Shown in pieces: positions 48,322-57,781 of a stretch of 64,000 bases of DNA. Where the stretch lies: sequence record MN871440.1; one strand, 5' to 3'. The translations under genes and the position numbers were made by a program. Every line of letters starts with the position of its first letter. Position 1 is the first letter of the stretch. The notes under the pieces are model-generated. The model had not been told where the DNA came from. It saw only the letters and a list, made by a program, of their open reading frames with translations, and did no database searches.

Positions 48322-48345
48322 AAGCCACCTTCGGGTGGCTTTTTT
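48322..48345 (+). terminator. intrinsic terminator (identical copies at 13273 on the minus strand, 51276 and 61347)
   Basis: AAGCCACCTTCGGGTGGCTTTTTT. Confidence 0.9.
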
Positions 48346-48393
48346 ATTGACATTATTTTCGTGATCTGAGAGAATACATAAAAGGAGAACAAT

Positions 48394-49490
48394 ATGTTCA
48401 TAAACAAAAATGATTGCGAAAAATTAAAACGGTGGGCAGATAGCGCACGATTCAAATGGAATCAAGATATTGCTACCGTTGAAACTTATCTCAAAGTGAG
48501 AACTACCACAATTGATATCCGATTCTCTTATTTGGATGTCCACGTGGCATTTGATCATATGTGGTGGGAAGATGGCGCCGTGTTCTGCGTTGAAACTGAC
48601 ATCGGAACGAAAGACATCGATACCATTATCAACGATCTGAATTCTAAGTTCGGGGATCGATTGAAAGCAAAGCTTGACGAACGCAAGAAAAAGAGCAAGA
48701 TAGACTAAATCAAATTGCTCAAAGAGAGCAACAAGAACGCGAAACCTATCTTAAACTGAAAGAGAAATTCGGAGAATAACATGTTCAAAAGTGAAGATTG
48801 CAAACGTATCGTGACGAAAGTCGAGGAACTGCGGATTGATTGGAACGCAAAAGTTTCTCAGTTCCATGATAAAGATAACATTCGTAAGTTGACAGGCAAA
48901 TATTTGAATGTTAACATGGATCTCGAAGATATGACGATTAGCGTCACGTATGAGACTGGCTGGGACGACGACTTCCACGTTTGTAGCATTGACGTAAATG
49001 TTGATGATCGGGAAATTGATGATGTTCTGGAAGATATCGAATCCGAGATTGCTCGTTCATTCCAGCATATCAAACAACGAGACGAAGAATATCGAGTCAA
49101 GAAAGAAGCGTGGGAAGCTAATCAGAAGCAACAACGCTTAGAACAATACAAGCGACTGCAAGCCGAATTCGGTCAAATTTCAACTCCAATGTAAGGATTA
49201 AAATGCGAAACGTAAACGAGTTGGTCTATAACATCAAGACTTTCAAACAAGCTATTGTCGAACACGCGAATGAAATCAAAGTGAACGGTGATTCCAACTG
49301 GGAATCAAATGATGCTATCATTGATGATGCTGGCAACGTGGAGTTCTGGTTTCACTCGCACAAAGGCGAAGGTGATCACTATCGTACCAGTTTGAATCTG
49401 AAACTGTTTACCGATGATCGTGTTATCGATCATCATTTGGCAAACTGTAAAACAGAGCTGAAAGAGAAAATCGAACATGATGGCGTCTGA
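48394..49490 (+). CDS. tandem, probably paralogous early genes (48394-48708/48779, 48781-49194, 49203-49490)
   Basis: The first two share an MFxxxDC start and a C-terminal (Y)xxL(K/Q)x(K/E)FG; promoter at 48347. Confidence 0.6.
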
Positions 49491-49680
49491 AAATCTGACT
49501 CGAATTCTCAGAACCATTGATTGCATCGGCTATGATGAAGTGAGTACAGATCCACAAGATCGACATGATTTCATTAGTCAGCATGATCATGTTGAGTTGT
49601 TGAAACGTGGATACAATTTCCACATAAGACAGATCAAACAGAACGGTTATCATGTTTTCTTGGTGATGTCAAATGTTTGA
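49477..49680 (+). CDS. hypothetical protein
   Basis: ORF. Confidence 0.55.
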   Translation: MMASENLTRILRTIDCIGYDEVSTDPQDRHDFISQHDHVELLKRGYNFHIRQIKQNGYHVFLVMSNV

Positions 49681-49993
49681 AATGCTCTATCTGCTGATAA
49701 TCGGTCATTTTGTGGCCGATTACGTCTTGCAAACTGATAGCATTGCAAGAGGAAAGAATCCTATCAACTCACCGCTCTATGGAGTGCATTGGCTTTACTG
49801 GCTAACTGCGCATAGTGCTACTCATGCGCTCGTTGTTTACATTGCAACCAAGAGCGTCTGGCTGAGTTTGACAGAGCTTGTAAGTCACTGGATCATCGAT
49901 TATGCTAAGTGTAATGGCAAAATCGGATTACACCAAGATCAGGCGCTACATATTTTTTGTAAAATTTTGATTGCTGCCTGTTTTATCGCTTGA
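49673..49993 (+). CDS. DUF3307-family membrane protein
   Basis: GHFVADYVLQ; AHSATH; HWIIDYAK; DQALH. Confidence 0.8.
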   Translation: MFEMLYLLIIGHFVADYVLQTDSIARGKNPINSPLYGVHWLYWLTAHSATHALVVYIATKSVWLSLTELVSHWIIDYAKCNGKIGLHQDQALHIFCKILIAACFIA

Positions 49994-50044
49994 CAACTAA
50001 ATCGATGTCTCTATAATGGGGACATCAACTAAGAGGAAGTTAAT

Positions 50045-50521
50045 ATGAGTATGAAAGCTTTGGCAAAACTGTTGTTCCCGAATACTTATACCGCAATCGT
50101 AGAAGAAGGCAAGTGGGCTGGGATCGAACAGAAGCGCAAAGAGTACGAAGAACAGAAAGAGAAAGATCGTTTGATCATGCTTTCATACAAACGTCCTCTT
50201 GGTATTCCCATGATCTCGTTTGATGGTTCTGGTAATGTTCGCGTCGTTGTTAACACGGATTACATGTATGACGGTGCCGTGACTAAATGTGTAGATCTGA
50301 TTTCTGGTGAAGAGTTCATTGACTTCACTACTCAGATCCGATACAGTGAGGAATTCGCGGAGCTAGTCGCACGTAATCAGATCGAAGATGTTTACGCTTT
50401 GATTCATCGCGGTAACGCCAAGATCATGAAAATGAATCCGAATCGTGAGCCGTGTGTTCGTTTGAAATTCAAGCTGGCAGTGAAAAATTTCAACGAAAAG
50501 GGTTTACCTTCTAAGAAATAA
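50045..50521 (+). CDS. hypothetical early protein
   Basis: Promoter TTGACA-16-TATAAT at 49990; GAGG RBS. Confidence 0.7.
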   Translation: MSMKALAKLLFPNTYTAIVEEGKWAGIEQKRKEYEEQKEKDRLIMLSYKRPLGIPMISFDGSGNVRVVVNTDYMYDGAVTKCVDLISGEEFIDFTTQIRYSEEFAELVARNQIEDVYALIHRGNAKIMKMNPNREPCVRLKFKLAVKNFNEKGLPSKK

Positions 50522-50531
50522 GTGTTAAGAT
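50503..50531 (+). promoter_or_regulatory. sigma70-like promoter for the tRNA-like RNA triplet
   Basis: TTTACC-17-TAAGAT with an extended TG. Confidence 0.65.
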
Positions 50532-50534
50532 AGT

Positions 50535-50665
50535 TTTGTTGTCGCGATTAGTTCAGTGGGAGAACACCTTTGATCGCAAAGAAGTATCGAGTACGGTTCG
50601 AATCCGTTATAGTGTGGGCACATCGAGAAACGTCGTTGGTTCGAATCCAACATCGCGACAACAAA
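50535..50665 (+). ncRNA. tRNA-like RNA with two T arms
   Basis: 14-bp terminal stem; D arm; GGTTCGAATCC occurs twice. Confidence 0.7.
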
Positions 50666-50666
50666 C

Positions 50667-50799
50667 AACATTATGCTGGCGGTTCGTCTAGTGGTAGGAC
50701 ACTGTAAAATTCATTCTGACAAGAATGTTTTCCGCAATAAATAATCGCCTGTTAAGCCTGTAACGCTCGGTTCGAATCCGGCACCGCCAGCATAGTGTT
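50667..50799 (+). ncRNA. tRNA-like RNA carrying the permuted family A motif
   Basis: 17-bp terminal stem, Glu-like D arm, T arm; insert CATTCT-GACA-AGAATG-TTTTCCGCAA. Confidence 0.7.
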
Positions 50800-50809
50800 G
50801 TGAAAATTT

Positions 50810-50929
50810 GGGGAAGTAGCTCAGTGGTAGAGCAGTAGACGCAAAAAGCGGAATCTGAGAAGATTCTTTACAGCAAGCCAACGCAAATTAAACTATTGGT
50901 CGCGGGTTCGAGTCCCGTCTTCCCCGCCA
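50810..50929 (+). ncRNA. tRNA-like RNA with CCA and a 54-nt anticodon insert carrying the permuted family A motif
   Basis: Canonical acceptor, D and T arms; insert GAATCT-GAGA-AGATTC-TTTACAGCAA. Confidence 0.78.
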
Positions 50930-50979
50930 AAATCTGTCATTCGTGATAGTGTATTAAAAACCACCTGTAGGAAACAAAG

Positions 50980-51258
50980 ATGGAATTTCTGACTGAGAAA
51001 AAACTCCGCAATCTGACCACCGAACGTCTGAATGCACTGCGTAAAACCGTGTTGAAGTCTCGCGCTGCTGCACAATATCATGCAGACAATCAAGACTGTT
51101 CTGATGCGGATATGGAACGCGCTCACAATCTGGCCGAGTATTACGATCTGATCAAGTCTATCATGGACGAACGTGAACACATCGAAAAACCGGTAAAAGA
51201 CAAATCTCGCCCTCGTCGTGATGGACGTAACGTAAAACGTTCTTGGGATAGTGAGTGA
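50980..51258 (+). CDS. hypothetical protein
   Basis: ORF followed by a terminator. Confidence 0.65.
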   Translation: MEFLTEKKLRNLTTERLNALRKTVLKSRAAAQYHADNQDCSDADMERAHNLAEYYDLIKSIMDEREHIEKPVKDKSRPRRDGRNVKRSWDSE

Positions 51259-51375
51259 TCAGTTAAGATAAATTTAAGCCACCTTCGGGTGGCTTTTTTG
51301 TTTTTAGTGCTTGACGTTGATATCGTGATATGAGAATATAGCTACATCGAAACGAAACACTCTGAGGAAAACATC

Positions 51376-51630
51376 ATGACCTATATTCAAGAAGTTATCG
51401 CAACTCGCCCGGCAGACCACGAATTCAAATACATGCTGCTGAGTCGTATGAAATCCGATTGTGAGTTCTTTCTGGGATACGGCAATCGTTCTGAATCTCG
51501 TCTGTGGGCTGGTAGTGTTGATGAACAAATCGAAAGCATGAAAGCACTGTTCGAAAGCTTTGAAACCAAGCCTGAGTGGATCACCATGCAGATGATCGAG
51601 AAATACGAAACTGATATGAAGGCGGAATGA
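51376..51630 (+). CDS. stand-alone LPD11 domain protein
   Basis: FKYMLLSRMKSDCEFFLGYGNR...LWAGSVDEQIESMKAL...KPEWIT. Confidence 0.8.
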   Translation: MTYIQEVIATRPADHEFKYMLLSRMKSDCEFFLGYGNRSESRLWAGSVDEQIESMKALFESFETKPEWITMQMIEKYETDMKAE

Positions 51631-52022
51631 TGAAAAATCAAAAACTCGTTAAACAAATGGATTAAGAGTACAAGAAGGCCGTTGGCCTTCTTCGTGTGAC
51701 TTATTGGTCACAGATCATGAATCGTCGTATGCCCAGAGCATTCGAACTAGACCGACTCATGATGATTCTGAAAGGGTATTATTCGGATTTCTCCGATCAA
51801 GATGAAAGCTTTGTTCCTGTTACTATGATCGAGTTTCTGAAAAACGAAAAACGACCGTTCGGTAGTAAAGCAAAATGGCAGTCAATCGCTTATAATCTCG
51901 GTTGTGATTACGGTCGTTGTCTATGTTTCGATTTACTCGATTTGCCTGATTTTGTTGAACTCGAAGCCAAATCACTATATAATGGACTTATTGAACAATT
52001 GGAGAAACAAAATGAACACTAA
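51627..52022 (+). pseudogene. hypothetical gene with an in-frame TAA at 51663-51665
   Basis: ATGA-coupled start is in frame with ORF 51696..52022. Confidence 0.55.
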
Positions 52023-53530
52023 AGCAACCGATAGCATTGCCGAAATGCTGAAAGAACACGGTGTCACGTTCCGTTATCGTGATATTATCACGGGGTCAGG
52101 CAATCCAAAGAACGTTTACGCGATCTCTCAAGTAGTAGAAGGTCAATCGGTTTACCACGTTTGCTTCTTCGATCTTGATGGTAAGTTTGACGGGCGTTAT
52201 CTGGGTCGAGTACCGTTAGCATTTCTCTCGTCTCTACAAACGGATGATACCGTGCTGATTGACGTTGACGTACCGAACGAAAGTAACTGTGATTGGGTAC
52301 ACATTCGAGTTACTGCTGATTCTCGCGGTACCAGCGCACAAAATAGTCCGGTTCGTATCCCGTCAGAAAACATGAAGAATGTTAACATCGTCAACGGAAT
52401 GGTAACAACTTCCGTTTCTCAAGCGGTGTTGAAATCTGATGTTGAAGAAGCAACGGAGAAATTAGTTGAAATTGCTGCCAACTCGTTCTATACTCGAATG
52501 GTGATTGAGACTCGTCTTGATCGAGAAGAACGACTGAAAACTATCGCCGAAAAGTTAGGAGTAAAATATGTTTCTTAATGAAATGTTACCAGAAAATGCT
52601 CGCAATGGACTTCGGATTCAAGGTAAACCCAAGTCAATGAGCGACAATGATTTTAAAAATGCGCGTCGCGTTATGATGAACATGATTAAACATCATGATA
52701 TCATCATGCGACTGATTGAAGATGCTGCGTTTGAATGCAAAGATGACAACGAACTGACTGCATTATCTCAGATTCATCGAGATCTTACCGTATGATTCTA
52801 TTCGGTTGGATTGTTCTTGTTGTCATTGCTGTTGTTGTATCTTTCGCTACCGCGTTTGGTGCATACGCTCAACTAGCATTGAGCGGCAAGATTGATATCG
52901 GTACTCTTATCCCAGTGGCAGCAAGTGGCGCGCTTTGGTACGCTGTTTGTGTAAACTGTCCATTCATATTAGTAATGAGCTAAGGAAAATAAATGATTGA
53001 CACACGAATGAAAGTAGATGGCAAATGGAATTTCAGCATGGATAACGTTTGGTACGGGATTGTCATGTTGACCTGTTCTTTGTTCATCGCGTTGGAACTG
53101 CTGGCAACGTATCTGGTATTTTCAAATACCGGCGAGTTTAGAATCGGTGGCTTGATGATCGGCGCGATTCTGGTAATCGAACTCGCAAACACTCGTCGTC
53201 TTGCCGATAAACTGGCGGTTCGAGTAAAAGCACTGGAGAGCGGGAAGTAATTCCCGCTTTTTGCTCATGAATCTACTTAACTACTTCAAGCGCAAACCGA
53301 AACTCAAGAAGTACGATGTCACCGTTTGTGTAAAACGTCGCGATTTTATGAGTTGCATTGTTCAAATCGGTGAGATAAAATTCACTATAGATTCCGCAGT
53401 CGAGCCACATGCCGACAAAATGCGAAATCATCAAGACGTTATCGACTGTATTCAAGCGGATTTGAAACGTCGAAACAAAGACTCAGACAACTACTGGTTA
53501 GAAGAATATCACGAGGAAGTAAATGATTAA
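52012..53530 (+). CDS. run of hypothetical genes (52012-52578, 52568-52795, 52792-52983 membrane, 52993-53250 membrane, 53264-53530)
   Basis: Coupled ORFs with RBSs. Confidence 0.6.
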
Positions 53531-54164
53531 AGTAATCAAAGCAAGTGCTAATGGCGGTAAAACTACCAAAGCAATTGAAATCGCAATCGAAGAAGCAAAG
53601 AAAGGACGTCATGTTGTTTTTCTGAACAACGAAGAAACTCAAGAAAGCCTGATTGAGAAAATGGCTGATATCGAAACTGACTTTGGCACTGGCGAGATCG
53701 CTGTTGGTGAGGTTGACGGATCTACTATGACATCTCTACAGGATGCAGTTCACAAAGCTGCGGTAGAGCTTGGCAGTCAGCGTAAAATCGATGTAATGGT
53801 ACTGGACTTCTCCGGTTATGCTGATTTCAATGGCACAGAAGCTCGTTTGGAGCAACTTCGTTCTTATCTGAAACGAATTGAAGTTGTTCACGAAATCGAT
53901 GTTATTTTCACGATTCAAGTAATTCGTAAGACTAAAGGAGTAACTCGTCCGACTGTTACCGAGATCTGGAAAGATCGTGAAGTCAAGTCGAAAGACGGTA
54001 AAACTCCTCCGTGTTTTGATAACATTGATGTAGTTTCAATTGATGTAACTAAGGCGAGTCCGATGTTGCAACATCGAGAAACACAAACCGTTATCTATCA
54101 AGAATTGACTGGTAACTATATCGGCAAGTACGTCGATTTCAAATACTACGGTTTCAAAGCATGA
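53523..54164 (+). CDS. small RecA/DnaB-like P-loop ATPase
   Basis: Walker A ASANGGKT; VVFLNNEE; Walker B VMVLD. Confidence 0.6.
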   Translation: MIKVIKASANGGKTTKAIEIAIEEAKKGRHVVFLNNEETQESLIEKMADIETDFGTGEIAVGEVDGSTMTSLQDAVHKAAVELGSQRKIDVMVLDFSGYADFNGTEARLEQLRSYLKRIEVVHEIDVIFTIQVIRKTKGVTRPTVTEIWKDREVKSKDGKTPPCFDNIDVVSIDVTKASPMLQHRETQTVIYQELTGNYIGKYVDFKYYGFKA

Positions 54165-56646
54165 TTCATAAGCGCCTTGATGATCCAAAAATGAATCTCA
54201 TTAACTATATGTCGAGTGGAATAACAGGCTATACGTTTTTGGGATTCATAGAAATTCAGAAAGACGATTATTGGGGCATGAAAGTTGGCGAACGGACCTT
54301 CGCCGCTTGTCATTTGCTCAACGAACGTTCAAAATGGCCTGTTTCTGAGGAAGAAGAAAAAGAGCAAAAATTCATTGACAGCGGGCACAATACCGTTCTG
54401 TATTTCAAGGGAACCGATAACACCAGTTATCTGAAACGATTCAAATCTAAAGATATGGCAATCAAATGGTTTTATAAAACCAAAGTTTTTATTACCGATA
54501 ACTCCTCTTGCTGGGTGAATAGCTAATGAGAATAGAACGAATTCGAGATCACGACGAATATTGCGACATCGGAGAAGTAACACACGATTATGTGGAAGTA
54601 AGCAAAGAAGAGTTTGACAAACTGCGAGATCAAGCAGAAGATCGCGATGTCACTGGATTGTGTTCTCCTCCGATTGAGTTTCTTTATTCAAAAGAGCTTC
54701 ATTCGGAAGGTTGTGAGATTCTTGGTAAAGCTTACCTCTATGAATCTGAGAAACGTCCGGGGGCGCCAGAAGAAAATCGGTATTTGAAGTTGACAGAAAT
54801 GCCGAAACCATATAAGCTGGTAACACTGATGAAAGATGATTTGACTCTGGAGCAACGTCGAGCTTATCGTGAACGAGTCAAATCTGGTTACTACAAAACA
54901 AAAGGATAAGAAATGTTTTATCGTATTTCGAACATCAAAGACGTTCCTACCGAACTGGTAGAGATCAACAAAATGGAAAAGCCGTACAAAGACGAAACTA
55001 ACGGTATTATGTTTAAACCGTTCGCTCGTTTTGGTATCGGTTCTGGTAGTGATGCTTATTCCACTATCTATCGAACTGTTTCCGAAGACGGTAAAATGGA
55101 AATGCAGTTCCGTTTGTACGGCGCTTATGACGTCGAAGTGATTCGGTTTGATCTTACCAATGGTGTTTACAAAATCAGCCGTCATAACGTCAAATCGCTT
55201 GGGATGAGCCGCAAGCCAAATAGCAGTGGTTTGTTCTGCGTAAAAGACGCATATCGAATTGGTGTTGGTCCGACTCTTGCTATTGGTGATGGAGTTACCA
55301 GTCGAAATGGAAACTGCAAAGTTCTTCTGATCACAGAGGACGCTGTTGTTCTTAGCGATGACAAGAACAAAACCATTCTGATTCGTAAGAACGATCTCGG
55401 CGCATTGGAAGCACACGGTATCGGTTATATCGATGAACTGTTGTAATCACGATTAAGGGCCTTCGGGCCCTTTTTGGAGATAAGATGAAAGCATATGAAA
55501 CGAGACACTACATTGAACACCCAGTATTACATAATCGATTGTTGTATCTGCTTAACGTTCTGAACAACTACTATCCCAAATCCAAAAAGATAGCAGAATC
55601 ACAGGAGTTCGCGAATTTCAAGAGCGACACTTATTGGTTGTTTGACAAGCTTTGTCCAGAGTTGAGCTGTGCCAACAGCGAAGATTTTGTAGAAAGTTTC
55701 AATCGCGAACGTCACGCGAAAGGATATTTTCAGATTTATGTGAGAATAATTCCTAAAGTCGCTTGACATCAAATTCAGTTCTGTTAAGATAGCTACATCG
55801 AAACAAACTGAGGAACAAATCATGATGACTACCGCTGAACTGAAAGCAAAACGCGCCAAACGTGGATTCGCAACCGAGAAAGATGTTTTGATCGAATCTC
55901 ATGCATTCGCACAACGCGCACTGTCACAAGCTGTTATCATGGAACACGCCGAGAACATCGATCTGTTCCGCAGTAAAATCAAAGTTTACGAAACTCGTAT
56001 TAACGAAATCACAATCTAAGGAAATATTATGGCTTATTATCTGAAACACCAAGTAACTCTTCCAAAAGTCGAATACAACTATATCCGACTGATTGATATG
56101 AAACCAGGAGAATCGATTACGATTAAAGATCGCTCTTATGTCCTACTGAACATCGAGCGAACTGGCACCAATGTTGAGCCCGTATATAATCTGGAAGCAA
56201 GTGATGAACGTGTTTCTATGCGTATTGTCAACGGTAACGCTCTGATCACCCGAGTCAACAAAGTTAACTTCGGCATCACCAACGAAAGTATCGAAGTCGG
56301 GAAAATGGGCTGGGTGAAACGTGGTGGATTCTATTCCCACAAAGTAAGAAAAGTAATGAATCCTGGTCTGATTACCGGTCGTGCTATCATCGAAGGTGAT
56401 ATGATCGAACTGCACCGGAATAGCGGTACTCGGATCGAAGTTCTGAAAATGGGCGGTGAGCCTATGATCGACCCGATGACACAAGAATACATCCTGCTGA
56501 AAATTATCAGCAAAGACAACAGCAAAGATCAAGTTGTGTTACACTCTGTCAAATCCGAAATGGATGATTGCAACCTGCAACGTGTTGCTGGTGATGTTGT
56601 CTATGTCAACAACTACATGGAATCAATTATTCCACATCGTCGTTGA
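54161..56646 (+). CDS. run of hypothetical genes (54161-54526, 54526-54909, 54913-55446, 55485-55766, 55822-56019, 56029-56646)
   Basis: ORFs with RBSs; terminator at 55455; promoter at 55763. Confidence 0.6.
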
Positions 56647-56714
56647 TTTACATAGAAAGTTGAAGTACAATCTGTGCCTATCGAGTAAGGCCCTTTTTCA
56701 TTTATGAGGATATC

Positions 56715-57617
56715 ATGATCGACATTATCAAAAACACCACACAAGCTGCAATCATTGGCGATTGCGTAGGCGCATTCAACGAATTCAATTTCGGCACTAA
56801 AGGAAAGAAAAGACTGCGTAACGTAGATCTCGAACTCCTGAAAACAAAACGCGATGTTTTTAACAATCAATACGGTAACTTCACAGACGATACCACTTGT
56901 GCGCTGATCACCATGCGCAACTTCAAATATGGTGAGTTTGATGTTCCAGCTATTAAGCGCGATATGAAGCGTTGGATCGAGCGTGGTGCGTTTTCTTCCA
57001 CTGGCGAGTGCTTTGATGTTGGTACAGGTACTGCCTATGCCATACTCAAGGACCAACCGGTAACAGACCCATCTAAAGGTGCCGGTAACGGCGCGCTCAT
57101 GCGTATGTATCCAGTCGCGATTGCAACTTACGGTAGAAGTCCAGAAGATATCGAGCGAATCGTTAAATACATGACGGAGTTTACCCATCCGGTTCCGTTG
57201 TGTCTGCATTACTCTATGCTATATGTTCGTATCATGCATCGGATATTCGACGGAGTAAACAAAAGGACGCTATCCAAAGAGTTTGGAGCGTATTTCGATG
57301 AAGACTCATGCTTGACTACTGGCTACGTTAAGGACTCGCTCACAATCGCTTGGAGAGTGTTCCTAGAGTTCGAACACAAAGAGTATGGGATTTTTCTCAT
57401 AGCAAACATGGGATTAGATAGCGACACAATCGCAAGTATCTATGGATCAATGATTGGCGCATATACAACTGTCCAGAACAAAAGTCAAGAGTTTACTCCT
57501 TGGCTAGTAGAGAATATCAAACGACAAGATCTAGTTGATAGTATTGTTAAAGAGTTCACTCACCGAGTTGTTTGTACAATGATTGATCATTTACCAAGTT
57601 ATTTGCACAAAAGTTAA
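56715..57617 (+). CDS. ADP-ribosylglycohydrolase (ARH/DraG family)
   Basis: GDCVG, TDDT, FDVG, GNGALMR, DSDT motifs; TTGATT-17-TACAAT at 56643. Confidence 0.92.
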   Translation: MIDIIKNTTQAAIIGDCVGAFNEFNFGTKGKKRLRNVDLELLKTKRDVFNNQYGNFTDDTTCALITMRNFKYGEFDVPAIKRDMKRWIERGAFSSTGECFDVGTGTAYAILKDQPVTDPSKGAGNGALMRMYPVAIATYGRSPEDIERIVKYMTEFTHPVPLCLHYSMLYVRIMHRIFDGVNKRTLSKEFGAYFDEDSCLTTGYVKDSLTIAWRVFLEFEHKEYGIFLIANMGLDSDTIASIYGSMIGAYTTVQNKSQEFTPWLVENIKRQDLVDSIVKEFTHRVVCTMIDHLPSYLHKS

Positions 57618-57624
57618 TCAGTTG

Positions 57625-57698
57625 TAGGAAGTCGCGCCAGCGACTGCGTAGCTAACTCGTTGATATCATTAAAGAAGAGAAGATAGATCTTCATTAAA
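57625..57698 (+). repeat. 74-bp intergenic element, copy 2
   Basis: Same two blocks and 17-nt spacing as 28275-28348; followed by an A12 run. Confidence 0.9.
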
Positions 57699-57781
57699 AA
57701 AAAAAAACTCGTTAGTTTAGCGGCTTACGCCGCAGTGCGAACGCACTAAATATAATAAATCAGTTCATTAAGAGGGACAAA

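Noticed and set aside
47592-48455. Long minus-strand ORFs (also 54688-55416, 56613-57209, 61126-61791, 30280-30894)
   Set aside because: They are antisense shadows of well-supported plus-strand genes, with no RBS or recognisable motifs.
2864-51665. Stop-codon reassignment explaining the in-frame stops
   Set aside because: The stops are of two kinds (TAA and TGA), both end many normal genes here, and no suppressor-anticodon tRNA is present.
57696-57707. A12 tract as a phase-variation switch
   Set aside because: It is intergenic and upstream of the promoter box; a homopolymer sequencing artefact is equally likely.
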